A stretch of DNA of 63,048 nt, the filler included, from Squatina squatina (taxonomy: Eukaryota): NCBI GenBank assembly GCA_031763465.1. It is 4 parts of 4 records of this genome, joined end to end, with 100 filler letters (N's around TTAATTAATTAA, not from the genome) between each part and the next. Parts side by side here need not be neighbours in the genome. Positions count along the whole stretch, not along the records: positions 31,269 to 47,436 come from JARFOE010000019.1; positions 47,537 to 63,048 come from JARFOE010000115.1; 2 more parts are not named here. The stretch is one strand, 5' to 3'. Shown one piece after another: positions 40,510-52,100 of the stretch. Below the pieces are notes generated by a model. The model saw only the letters and a list, made by a program, of their open reading frames with translations, did not search any database and was not told the DNA's origin. How positions within the stretch are numbered: the first letter of the stretch is position 1; the number at the start of each line of letters is the position of its first letter. Both the position numbers and the translations under genes were made by a program.

Positions 40510-40653
40510 CTGGGAATAAAACATTTTTTTTTAAATCGATAAAATCCACTTGCCATTTTTTTGTTGCATTGTGTGCCTCTCCCAAGGGAAACACGCCACA
40601 ATCCAAGCAACAGATACACGTCTCAACTCTTAAAATTTATGTAGCGCCTTACC

Positions 40654-40878
40654 TAGGGTGACCAGATGTCCCGGTTTTGCTAGGACAGTCTCGGTTTTTG
40701 AGGAAATGTCCCAGTGTCCTGACACTTACCTCAAAGATTGCTCAAATATCCCAGTTTTTGTGCCTACTCGCAGTCCCGGCGGAGAACGCAGTGCGCAAGC
40801 GCAGTTCTGGCAATAAACGGACTGCGCAAGTGCAGATTGGTTGTCCCGGTTTGGAACTCTTCCGATCTGGTCACCCTA
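40654..40878. mobile_element. Non-autonomous hAT (Blackjack/MER81-like) MITE
   Basis: Perfect 14-bp TIRs TAGGGTGACCAGAT...ATCTGGTCACCCTA; 8-bp TSD gccttacc / accttatc (6/8 match). Confidence 0.88.
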
Positions 40879-42357
40879 ACCTTATCACAACTCTCAGAAA
40901 CCCCTTAAAGCTCTTCAGACAAAACAACTTACTTTGAAGCACCGTGTCTGTTATGTAGGCAAGCACGGTAGCCATTTTGTGCACAGCAAGATTCCATAAA
41001 TGCCAGCGAAATAAATGATTAGATCTTCCATTTTTGACTTGTTAGGCTGGTTGATGAAGGAATATTGGTTTAGGATACCAGGGAAACATCTGCCCTTCTT
41101 CAAATAGTTCCATGGGATCTTTACCACCACTCAAAGTGTGAGGGACAACATTATGTTTAATTACAGAACAAGGCCTTTATTTAAAACTCTGAGGGTAAAG
41201 ACTATTGAATTTTCTTCCATTGCACACTAAGTATATTATTGCTGTTCAGTCAAATCTTCATTGATTGATGAGGAAAATGAACAGATAATTAATAAGTTTA
41301 AAGATTGGACTGTGATGTCTTCACAGACAATACTGGATTCGCTGATTATTAGAGTCTGGTTAAACAACTGATTTATGGGGTGAAATTGAAAAACCATACA
41401 ACACCTTATCGCATCTCAGAAACATCACAAAGCCCNNNNNNNNNNNNNNNNNNNNNNNNNNNNNNNNNNNNNNNNNNNNNNNNNNNNNNNNNNNNNNNNN
41501 NNNNNNNNNNNNNNNNNNNNNNNNNNNNNNNNNNNCGACTGAGCTTTTCCCTCTGCTGTCACCACCCACCTCTCTTGTATTCTTCAAAGTACTGGGGCAA
41601 AACAGGTGTGTCTTAATGCACGCTGGGGAGGCTGGGGCAGTGGACCTCCCGGGGCTGGTCGGGGTAATTTCCCGAAAGGGATTGGTCTCCGATCGTGTGC
41701 GAATGAGCGAGGCTGTACCTTTTTCACGGCCAGGAAAGCCCAGGAAATCCATTCTTGTGTCTGGCGGCAGACTGCGTCTCTGCGTATGGGACCGCGGGGT
41801 CTGGGAATTGGGCGAGAGCCGGCATGGCGATCGGGCGGCGGCATCAGAGGTTGTCGCGTTCAGAGTATCACAGCCCAGCGATCTTTTGACACAGCTCCCG
41901 GTGGGGACGGTTCTCAGCTCCATGTAGAAAGTCATGACACTTGTATTCTGTGCCATTTCGCACGAAGCCAATCCAGTCACGAGCTAACGGGAAGCAGCAG
42001 AAGCGAGCGTAGTACACAATTACCTTCCCACATTGAGGTACATCGGCTCTCCACCCTAGGAAATTCCAAGAAATTCATTACTGATGAACATCATCAACAT
42101 ATTAAAATGCGAGGAGCTGTAATCTCAAACATCATCTTCNNNNNNNNNNNNNNNNNNNNNNNNNNNNNNNNNNNNNNNNNNNNNNNNNNNNNNNNNNNNN
42201 NNNNNNNNNNNNNNNNNNNNNNNNNNNNNNNNNNNNNNNTTCCCCAACATCGGGAACATTCTTCCTGCATCTAGCCTGTCCAATCCCTGAAGAATTTTAT
42301 ATGTTTCTATAAGATCTCCTCTCATTCTTCTAAATTCCAGTGAATATAAGCCAGAAT

Positions 42358-42792
42358 GTTAGCTGTAACTCAGTGGGTAACATACTCACCTCTGAGTCAA
42401 AAGGTTGTGAGTTCAAGGCCCACTCCAAAGACAAAAATCTAGGCTGACGCTCCAGTGCAGTACTCAGGGTGCGCTGCACTGTTGGAGGTGTAATTTTTCA
42501 GATGAGAAGTTAAATCAAGTCTCCATCTGCCTTCTCAAGTGGAAGTAAAAGACCCCCATGGTACTATTTTGAAGAAGAGCAGGGGAGTTTTCCTGGCCAA
42601 TAATTATTCCTCAAGCAACATCACCAAAACAGATTATCTCGTTGCTGTTTGTGAGAGCTTGCTGTGCACAAATTGGCTGCTGCATTTCCTACACTGCAAC
42701 AGTGACTACACTTCAAAATATACTTCATTGGCTGTAAAGCACTTTGGGATGTCCAGTGGTTGTGAAAGGCGCTATCGAAATAAGGGTCTTTT
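42358..42792 (+). mobile_element. Near full-length DeuSINE (SacSINE1-like). Partial copies at about 1-110, 22040-22285, 25950-26190, 35165-35360, 35920-36060 and 40880-41130
   Basis: tRNA-like head (A-box-like taactcagtggg, B-box gagttcaaggcc), Deu core (gtaaaagacccccatggtactattttgaagaagagcaggggagt) and a tail ending gaaaggcgctat. Confidence 0.82.
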
Positions 42793-42999
42793 TGCAGCTT
42801 ACCCTCCAATTGCCCCCCACCCACCCACAAATGAAAGTGTTTTTTGTCGAGGAATTATCCACAGGTTTAAATCTGCCTAGGTTTCTGCAGCTGCTGCCAG
42901 TAAAGCAGACTGCTACTCCTACGCCTCCGCCGAGCAATTTCCTCTACATCAGCTTTAATTTAAAACAGCTCTTAAGATACACAAGGCTTAATTTTAAAA

Positions 43000-43485
43000 T
43001 TAAAAACAGAAGATGCTGGAAACACTCTGCAGGGTCAAACAGCATCTTGGAGAGAGAGAAACAGCTGATGTTTCAAGTCAATGACCTTTTGTCAGAAAGT
43101 TAGTCTTTCGTGTGGTAGTAGCAAAGCAAATCAAATGTCCACATCCAAGTTGGGTAACCAGGCCAGTTAGAGTTGTCGCCAGTTTTAAACAAGGACAGGG
43201 AAAGAGGGGAGGGGGAGGAAAGAACAAAAGGGAAGGTCTGATCAGATGGAAGGCAGGAGAGATTAAATGACAACAGATCTGATTGTACAAAGGAAAAGGA
43301 GATGGTAGTGGGACAAGTAAAGAAACAGAAGATGGGTTTGGAAGAGGTGTAAATGGGAATGGCAGAATCAAGAGCAGCCATCTGAAAAAAATGGAAGCAC
43401 AAGTTTAAAATCTGAAATTGTTCAACTCTTATGTTGAGGCCAGAAGGCTGTAAAGTGCCTAATCGAAAGATGCGATGATGTTCCT
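43000..43485 (-). mobile_element. Penelope-like element terminal fragment
   Basis: Characteristic end gatgctggaaacactc...cagcatc...gagagagaaacag...tttcaagtc...gacct, followed by a purine-rich tract, as in fish/shark PLE ends (recalled pattern). Confidence 0.65.
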
Positions 43486-43508
43486 TAATTTTTGTTTCTG
43501 CTGTGTAG

Positions 43509-43704
43509 ATTGACTCTTATGGCCAGTGCCTGAATAACAAAGAGCTGCCGAATGACCGGCTTGTGGATACGCTAACGGCCACAACGGAAGATCCAGAGTT
43601 CATGGATTTCATTAGTGACTACAAGTTTCACCTTGCCATGGAGAATGCGATCTGTGATGATTATATGACTGAGAAACTGTGGCGCCCCATGCACTTGGGA
43701 GCAG
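43509..43704 (+). CDS. FUT11: Fucosyltransferase 11 exon, 3' part in gap
   Basis: tgtgtag|[14 protein letters not shown]...TATTEDPEF...[28 protein letters not shown], the GT10 motif with FUT11-type residues. Confidence 0.92.
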
Positions 43705-43804
43705 NNNNNNNNNNNNNNNNNNNNNNNNNNNNNNNNNNNNNNNNNNNNNNNNNNNNNNNNNNNNNNNNNNNNNNNNNNNNNNNNNNNNNNNNNNNNNNNN
43801 NNNN

Positions 43805-45183
43805 GGGGGGGGGGTGAAATGTATTGAATTCTGTCTGTCTGCAAAAAGATAGATTGAATGCAAAAATGAAAAAGCACAAGGGGAAAAAGCGGTGAGCAGC
43901 AGGACTGGGACACCTACACACACACAAAGACATGGCACAGTTCTAAAATATTTTGTGTGTGTGTTTGTGCAATGCATTGAATTCTGCCTGCCTGCAAATA
44001 GATAGATTGCATGCAAAAATTAAAAAGAATCCCACAGGCTGCAATAAGGGGGAAAGCAGTCAGCAGCAAGCCTGGGATTGCTGTCTGGCTCTCTCTCTGC
44101 TCCCTCCCACTTTTTGCAAACGTTGCTGTCAAAGTGGCTGCACGTCAGCCTCTCATTTCCTTTTACGTATAGGAAGTTGCTGGGTGAGAGGTCGATCACA
44201 CACACACACACAATCTTAGGGAAGAGAAAGCACCGACTTGGGGAAGACCAGCAGCTGAGCATTTTTTTTTGTTGTTGTTTTGTTGCTGCTGTTGCAAAGA
44301 TTTTTTTATTTTTTTGCAAAGAAGGAATCCGGGCTGCTGCTTTCTCACCCTCTCTCTCTCTCTCTCCCCCCAACCTCCTTCTCCTTCTGGGGAAAGGGAG
44401 AGAAATCCCCAGCCCTTTGCTGTTACTGCACCTCAAAAAAAAGCCCTCTCTCTCTCTCTCTCTCTGCAATTGCAGCCCAGGGACTGAGAGAAGGAGAGAG
44501 AGAAAGAGAGGAAGGGAGGAAGGGAGCAGGAGGGGGAGGGAGGAAAAAAACCCACCCCAAATAAATCTTTGCAATTTCTTAGATCTGGTGCAAAAAAAAG
44601 AGAAAGAAGAAATCATGTGATAGAAACGGAAGTGGCCAACAGCTGATGACTGGCCCAGGTGAAGTATCCATGTTTAGAAAAAGAGGACATTCAGGAGCTT
44701 CTGAACAACGGGGCTGTGAGCAGACTCTTTGTGTTGTCTTTTATCTTTGCATTTTGATTATTGGTGTGTGTGTGTGACAACTTTGTGCCTCTCCTCCCAC
44801 TTGAACACCACCCACACACCGAGAGAATTGCTTGACTTGAAGTTTGTTACCTGCAAGAGTTAAGGGGGATTTCTTCCTCTTGTCCTAATTTGTCTATTTT
44901 CACTGTATCTCAGATTGATACTATATTTTTTTAAGGGGGGGAGGTGGGGAGGAGTTGCTGCTGATCGTTCAGGAGGTGTTGGAGGGGAATCCCCAGCTCT
45001 CTCTCTCTCTCTCTCTCTCCTACCCACCTTCCCCTCCCCATGCCTGCTGCCCAATGTTGACCTGGTCAAGGACAGTATGCCCAGCAGAAGATGGATGAAG
45101 AGAGGAGACAACAGCAGCTGATGGTTCCAGCCCACCCATTTGTTCAACAATAAGCATTCCTTCCAGGTTAGTCTCCGGGATCC
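43805..45183 (+). promoter_or_regulatory. Putative promoter / non-coding 5' exon region of an unassigned gene
   Basis: Free of transposons, with GA/CT/CA tracts, an ETS-like CGGAAGTG near 44628, a possible donor near 44715 and an exon-like unit 44914-45166 (tctcag| ... ccag|gttagt) holding only short ATG ORFs. Confidence 0.4.
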
Positions 45184-45283
45184 NNNNNNNNNNNNNNNNN
45201 NNNNNNNNNNNNNNNNNNNNNNNNNNNNNNNNNNNNNNNNNNNNNNNNNNNNNNNNNNNNNNNNNNNNNNNNNNNNNNNNNNN

Positions 45284-46024
45284 GGGGAGGCGGCGACAGC
45301 GAGCGCCGATCCGACCTGCGAGGCCGGCAGCGCGGCGCCGCCCAAAGCCCCAGGGCCGGCGCCCGGTGACAAAAGCCGCAGCCCGCCAGAAATAGCCGTG
45401 CGGCCGAAAGACAGTGCGGCCAAAAGGAAAGCTACCTCCGACGCTTCCCGCAGCAGCCTGGGCAGGGCGCCGGCGGACGGCGACAAGCCCCTCTACAAGT
45501 CGAGCGCCAGCAAATGTAAACTACCTCAGGGGAAATGCTCCGCCGGCAAACATTCAGGGAAAAGGCGGACGAGCAGCGAGGACAGCTCGCTGGAGCCCGA
45601 CCTGGCGGAGCTCGGCCTAGACGACGGGAACCTTGCACTGGGGGCCGAGGCTTGCAACACGTTCGACCTGTACGACGGGCCGGCCGGCCGCTACAAGGAC
45701 TTGTATCCGGATGAGAACGAGGGTTTCTTTGCCGAAAATTTCGACCCCGAAGCAAACAGCCCAGTCGTGAAAGGGGAAAGTGGCGAGCCGATTGAGGAAA
45801 TGAGCAACGGAGAGCAGGGTGCCCTGGCAGAGACTGACTCCTTATCAAAAACCCTGGGCCCGGAAGCTGCCGAAAGCCCTGCTGTGGGAGAGGACGACTA
45901 TCAGGTCTACTACCTCAATCCACAGGAAGTGGCTAAAGACGAAGAAAAACAAGAGGGAAGTAATGAGGAGGAACAGGACATCTTTGCTGGCTTAAAGCCA
46001 CTTGAGCAAGAGAGCAGGATGGAG
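45284..46024 (+). CDS. ZSWIM8: ZSWIM8 large internal exon, 5' part in gap
   Basis: SSEDSSLEPDLAEL.LDD..LALGAEA, DDYQVYYLN and DIFAGLKPLEQESRME|gtaaat match ZSWIM8. Follows FUT11 on the same strand, as in human. Confidence 0.93.
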
Positions 46025-46049
46025 GTAAATTATTATTTTTAAAATGTAT

Positions 46050-46283
46050 TTGTGGGATGTGGGCGTTGCTGGCAAGGCCAGCATTTATTGTCCATTCCTA
46101 GTTGCCCTTGAGAAGGTGGTGATGAGCCGCTGCCTTGAACCACTGCAGTCCGTGTGGTGAAGGTGCTCCCACAGTGCTGTCGGGGAGGGAGTTCCAGGAT
46201 TTTGGTTCAGCGGCGATGAAGGAACGACCGATATATTTCTAAGTCAGGACGGTGTGCGTGACTTGGAGGTGGTGCTGTTCCCA
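46050..46283 (-). mobile_element. 3' end of a CR1/L2-group LINE. Second copy at 50418-50696 (-) and a short tail near 62440-62525 (+)
   Basis: Two highly similar copies; the minus strand reads KSWNSLPDSTVGAPSPHGLQWFKAAAHHHLLKGN-stop followed by AATAAA. Confidence 0.75.
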
Positions 46284-47480
46284 NNNNNNNNNNNNNNNNN
46301 NNNNNNNNNNNNNNNNNNNNNNNNNNNNNNNNNNNNNNNNNNNNNNNNNNNNNNNNNNNNNNNNNNNNNNNNNNNNNNNNNNNGGATAAGCTTCCTCATT
46401 TGTCTCGATCTTGTGAGCATCAAATGCTTGGAATGAGACGCACATTTTGCCCCCCGCCACAGTCTGTACATGAATTTCCCCGCCCCCCCCAATTAAGATA
46501 ATATGGTCCAAATACCCTCGTACTAAGCCTAGTGCATCAAACCCATAATTGATAGATTTTTGTTAAGCAACAGGATTAAAGATTACGGAACCGAGGTGGG
46601 AAGATGGTTAAGATACAGATCAGCTGTGATCTAATTGAATGGTGGAATAGGCTAGAGGAGCCGAATGGATTAATCCTGTTCCTATAAATATACTACTCCC
46701 TGTCCCTATTCCAGGATACAATCTTCAAACTCCCGCATTTAACCACACAGTGGAACAATTGGACGTTAATTGAATCTTGCCTTCTCTACCTGATGATTTT
46801 AAGCCGGCCGATTTGATTTCTCTTCCAGATACAAAGGCAGACGACCGGAATGCCACGCTCCCCACGTACCCAACCAGCCGTCCGAAGCAGCAGCCCATTT
46901 TTACTTTGAGCTTGCAAAGACTGTCCTGATCAAAGCAGGAGGCAACAGCAGCACGTCCATATTTACCCACCCGTCAGCCAGTGGCGGCCACCAGGGTCCC
47001 CACCGCAACCTCCATCTCTGCGCGTTTGAAATTGGGCTGTACGCACTGGGCTTGCACAACTTTGTGTCACCAAACTGGCTTTCAAGAACCTACTCTTCCC
47101 ACGTCTCTTGGATTACAGGTTTGAAAGAGAAATACCTCACCGGCTTGAGTTTCTCGACGGCGTACTGTTTGGCTCTTAGATTTCAACGAGGAGCACAATG
47201 TCTGTGGTTCCTCCGAGCATCGGGGATAGTCTTGTATATCTGTCCACCATGTTGAATCTTTGAATAGACAGTTACGAACACTGTAGGCAATGATCATTAT
47301 ACTGTGGCTTGCCGTGCCAATAATGTATATTTACGCAAATTTATGCCCTGCGTGATGGTCAGGGTCTTTTTGGCATTTCCAAGGCTGAAGGCTGAAGGTT
47401 AAAGGACAATGTTCTGTTGCTCCGTGGCCTCCACACNNNNNNNNNNNNNNNNNNNNNNNNNNNNNNNNNNNNNNNNNNNN

Positions 47481-47492
47481 TTAATTAATTAA
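47481..47492. other. Artificial scaffold-concatenation linker TTAATTAATTAA
   Basis: Flanked by 44 N on each side. Confidence 0.97.
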
Positions 47493-48524
47493 NNNNNNNN
47501 NNNNNNNNNNNNNNNNNNNNNNNNNNNNNNNNNNNNGAGCAGGCTCGAAGGGCCGAAGGTCCTACTCCTGCTCTTATTTTCTATGTTTCTATGTTAAAGA
47601 CTGGAAATGGCCACATATGAATGAATTGTTTCCCATTCCAGACGTGGTCTTAACCGCAGACGGTGGAAACATAAGTTTTCAACTGTATACTTAAAGTAAT
47701 TTTGAACAGTTTTCCAGGCGCAAAAAGCCAAAAAAAAAACTGTTTGTGAATTAGAGCCAAAACAGTCAGCAAACTTTCAAAGGTTTCAAGAACATGTGAA
47801 AGCTGCAGGAGCACATCAATGACCTACATTGAATGGGCAGTTAAATAAACTGAGTTCAACAAAGCAATGACTCAATATGCAACACTCCGATCTGCCCAAG
47901 GGAAAGAACAGAACAATGATTTGGACAAAACTCAGGGTGACCCAAATATTCCATCTGGTAGAACAAAAACCTGACCCATCACCTGACTCCACTGATTCTG
48001 ATGCATTAGACATTATCTGATGTAAAATTATCTTAAGGGGGAGCTGGATAAGTACATGAGTACATGAGGATTGGAAGGATATATTGATAAAATGTGATGA
48101 AGTAAGATGGGAGGAGACTCACATGGAGCAAAAACCAGTTTGAGCCGAATGTGTTGTAAATTCTATGTAATTATGAATCCAACTGTAATATTTTGATCTT
48201 AGAAAGTGAACAGCTGTGAGATGGGAGATTTTATAGCACAATTGCAGCTGTCAAGTAAAGAGATGAATTCATTGTCACAGAACACCGATGTCCTTACCTG
48301 ACGTGATCCATGAGCAACATAGACCCCATGGACAACCTGGTAAAATGGCACAGTGAGCTCAAAATACAGTTTAAAGGTTTGTTAACAAGGTCATAATGAT
48401 CTAAATTGCTTCCCTCCGATTCTTTGTGTGTTGGGTCAGTTCAGCGCTAACAGACCTGACATCTAGGAAAGTAGCAAAAACAAATTCCCACCTGACCCAC
48501 TCACTGACACCCCCAAAAATTCCC

Positions 48525-48635
48525 CCCTTGTTTTTAAAATTCTCATCCTTGTGTTCCAATCCCCTCCACGGCCTCCTCGTCCCCCTCCCTATCTCTGTAA
48601 CCTCCTCCAGCCCCTACACCCCTCCCTATCTGTGT
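48525..48635 (+). mobile_element. L2-type LINE ORF2 C-terminal remnant (similar piece at about 34155-34290)
   Basis: Frameshifted FKILILVFQS..HG...PPYLCNLLQP motif. Confidence 0.65.
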
Positions 48636-49051
48636 ANNNNNNNNNNNNNNNNNNNNNNNNNNNNNNNNNNNNNNNNNNNNNNNNNNNNNNNNNNNNNNNN
48701 NNNNNNNNNNNNNNNNNNNNNNNNNNNNNNNNNNNNTGGGTTTTTACAACTACACTCAGAGTAGATGTGTGCAGGTACAAATCTACAGTAATATGCCTTT
48801 GACACTCGCAAATTTTTACCAGACTACAGGCCTTTGTCTAGTGATTGTGGGGGTTATTCCTCTGTCCCACAGAGAAAACACCTAACTGCTGCTCGCCATC
48901 ATTCTCTAACGCCACGGTGAATTTCAGAAACTTGCCAGATAAGAATTTAAATATGTTTGATAAACTGCAGTGTGCCTGTCCTGTTACATGTATGATATAT
49001 ACTTGTGAAGGTTACTAGTACATCCATTTGANNNNNNNNNNGGCATGATGT

Positions 49052-49071
49052 TTCCTTAACTGAGCCACAAG
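49052..49071 (+). promoter_or_regulatory. U12-type (minor spliceosome) branch point and 3' splice site
   Basis: TTCCTTAAC at 49052-49060, AG at 49070-49071, no polypyrimidine tract between them. Confidence 0.8.
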
Positions 49072-49177
49072 ATACTTAAAGCCAGCTCTGACGCATGCTG
49101 GTCCACCGCTCACATCAACACTGCCAGCTTGGTGTGGTCCTGTTGCCAAGCTACTGACCAGCCCTCAAGCATATCAG
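49072..49177 (+). CDS. SLC9A9: Endosomal Na+/H+ exchanger NHE9 exon (C-terminal tail)
   Basis: [35 protein letters not shown]|gtaagg. Convergent with CHST2, as in human. Confidence 0.88.
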
Positions 49178-52100
49178 GTAAGGATGCTATTTCCTTGTTC
49201 TGGATGTGATGATATAGAATTATAGGATTTTTTATTATTGGTTTTTGAAATGCATAGCTGTACAAGACCTGTTGCTGTTATCATCCTGTCTTGCAATAGT
49301 AGTGAAGATTGCCAAGGCACAAGTAATCTTCTGTCAATTTGAGCTGTCTTGCTATGGTTCCCNNNNNNNNNNNNNNNNNNNNNNNNNNNNNNNNNNNNNN
49401 NNNNNNNNNNNNNNNNNNNNNNNNNNNNNNNNNNNNNNNNNNNNNNNNNNNNNNNNNNNNNNTGTGTTGTGCCATTCATGATTTCAGATAACCTTTCATC
49501 ACCTGAGCTGCCTGGCCCTGCAACAGATGACAAATCAAACGATGGCTTTTTGAAAGTGCAAAAAAAAATAGGGAAGTTTCCGAAAGTCTTAGTAAACTAC
49601 AAATTTGATCGTCTTTAAAACCTTGGCCCTGATATTTACGGAAAGCTGGGGAGGGTGTGGTGGAGGCCAAAACCTGCCGAAGCACCCGATAAGGCCAAGG
49701 ACTAAACATCCCACTGATCTTAACGGCAGGGCCTTGTTTGCATGGTGTGGCTCTATCTGACTCAGTCGCTGTCGAATATCAGCATGTGAAGTTCTAAATG
49801 AGTGTAACTAAGCTGGGCCCAAGGCTTCAACCACAATGTTAATCGATACACTGATAAGCCCTGTGTAATACTCTGCAAGAACTAAGTTGCCCACAGTAGC
49901 ATATGGTATAATGTGAAGCAAGTGAATTACCAGCTAGATCACATACTTGTGTATTAATAAATTTGGTCCCTAAATCCATGTCCTGTATTCTATTTGAACC
50001 TGGAAGAAGGGTTATGTCAAACATAAAAGCTAAGCTGACATAAGTTAGATTAATTACAAGGCACCTTATTTAAGCACTTGCATCCTACCATCCATTAGGC
50101 TAATACTTTTTGTGTACTATCATTACCACAATGGCTAGCCAGTGAGTTATGAGTGTGCAATGCATGTCCCTTTAGTCCTTTACGTAATCTCTATGGTAAC
50201 AACATAAGTCCTATGACATCATTGGTGTATTGCAGCCATTCAGAGGTACAAAAGGACTCTTCCCTTGTAAGAAGAGGTATGATCTCACAAAGCCGAGACA
50301 CATCTTTTTGGACTGTATCTTTGGTTTTAAAATTAATTAAAATAAATAATTCCTCTTATTCAGCATGTTTATAAAGTGCTTTATTATGCTTTACTAGCAT
50401 ATTTATTTTTGTTTGTTCATGGGATGTGAGCGTCGTTGGCAAGGCCAGCATTTATTGCCCATTCCTCAATGTCCTTGAGAAGGTGGTGGTGAGCCGCCTT
50501 CTTGAACCGCTGCAGTCCGTGTGGTGAAGGTGCTTCCATAGTGCTGTTTGGGAGGGAGTTCCAGGATTTTGACCCAGCGATGATGAAAGAAATGGCGATA
50601 TATTTCCAAGTCAGGATGGTGTGTGACTTGGAGAGGAACTAGGAGGTGATGGTGTTCCCCTGCTCCTGCTGCCCTTGTCCTAGGTGGTAGGGGTCGNNNN
50701 NNNNNNNNNNNNNNNNNNNNNNNNNNNNNNNNNNNNNNNNNNNNNNNNNNNNNNNNNNNNNNNNNNNNNNNNNNNNNNNNNNNNNNNNNNNNNNNNAAAA
50801 GATTGTTATGCTGTAATGGACAAGAATTAAGTTTATGTGGTGAGTTTAGTTTGTAGCTACTGTGCAAATACCGCAACTTCATGCTGTTCAATACATTTTA
50901 CTGCTAAGGCAGACAGCGAGATGCCGCTTTAGCGAAGCTGATGGCAGAGTGGCACAACTCAGACAGCAACTTGGGAAGTTTCGAATTTAACCACACATCT
51001 TTAAAGCCAATAGACAGAGGAGGCTTTCATCCCATCAGTCTGGATTAATTTTGAGTCCAAGTTCCTAAAGTAAAAAACCAGTCCCCAACGTGCACGCACA
51101 GGATTATGCTAAAATCCCCTTGGTCTTCTACTGTTACTGGATATTTATTTGATAAAGATCTTTATTTTGTACTGAACATCCTAGTTAAGCTCAAAACCTT
51201 GTTTAAAATGTACTCCTGTCGAAGAAACTCAACACAATGCAGAAGACAGAATAGATCAAAACTTAAATCAATGCAGAACACTCTTTGGTACTTCTAATTG
51301 CTTATTTCTATGCTTCTGTCATTTTTTAATAATTTCTGTGAGAAGCAGTATCCCAAGAATCGGTGAGTCTATGCAGCAGTTTCTTACAAGAACTCATTAT
51401 CAAATCAGTATTTGCTTTTTTTCACTCCCAAAAGTCATGTTCGCTGTCGTGAATAATAACTGATTCACTCGCTTCATGTCTGTCATTTGCATTTTTCGAT
51501 ATTATTGCCTTACCTCATGGGAAATCACCTGTCAGGTTCCTTTCTCGCATGCACATCAATGTTAATGCTTTCAAACCACTAGATGCAGTTAAGGAGGAAT
51601 GTCTGTTTTATGTTTTGGCATGCTATACCTGTCCATTTGTTTTTACCTGTCCATCTATTTGTCCACCTATCTACCCCTCTATGTACACTAGCTAGTCACA
51701 GTATCTTAAAAGTATTTAGAGCACCAGAGTAAGTGTGTAACCATCTTCAAGAACAGGAACTGAAAAAAGATATCAGACCGAAAAAAGCTCATGTTCTTTT
51801 TCATAAATTGACCCCATCTTCTCACTGCCTCAACACTTTCTTCAGAAATACATCCAATTGCCTTTTCAACCCATTTATACTGTTTCAATGGCCTTCCCTG
51901 TTACCTTATTCCCAAACTCTTATTACCTTTTGGGTGAAAACATTCCTCCTGACTTCTCTTCTTACTCCTAACTTGTGTCCCCGGGTATTTGAACCATTCA
52001 CCATATATTGAACAATTTGCCTGATCAATTTTAGCAACATTGACAATTTCTAATATTAAAAATTTCAATTAGATAATCTTTCTTAGTTTCCAAAGAAAAT

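Noticed and set aside
41535-41930. GC-rich ~200-aa ORFs as a gene or CpG-island promoter
   Set aside because: No recognisable protein or splice structure; it sits at a contig end and looks like a GC-rich interspersed repeat.
42358-42430. tRNA gene
   Set aside because: The A/B-box-like motifs belong to a SINE head that continues into the Deu core; no intact cloverleaf is evident.
43481-43508. TTCCTTAAT as a U12 branch point before the FUT11 exon
   Set aside because: A normal pyrimidine-rich tract follows it, the motif overlaps the end of the Penelope-like remnant, and no donor is visible.
44020-44620. 180-198-aa ORFs on both strands
   Set aside because: Low-complexity GA/CT tracts with no recognisable domain.
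49488-49618. Terminal exon of SLC9A9
   Set aside because: It has an acceptor-like tttcag and an open frame to a stop, but the peptide does not resemble the NHE9 C-terminus and the phase does not fit the preceding phase-0 donor.
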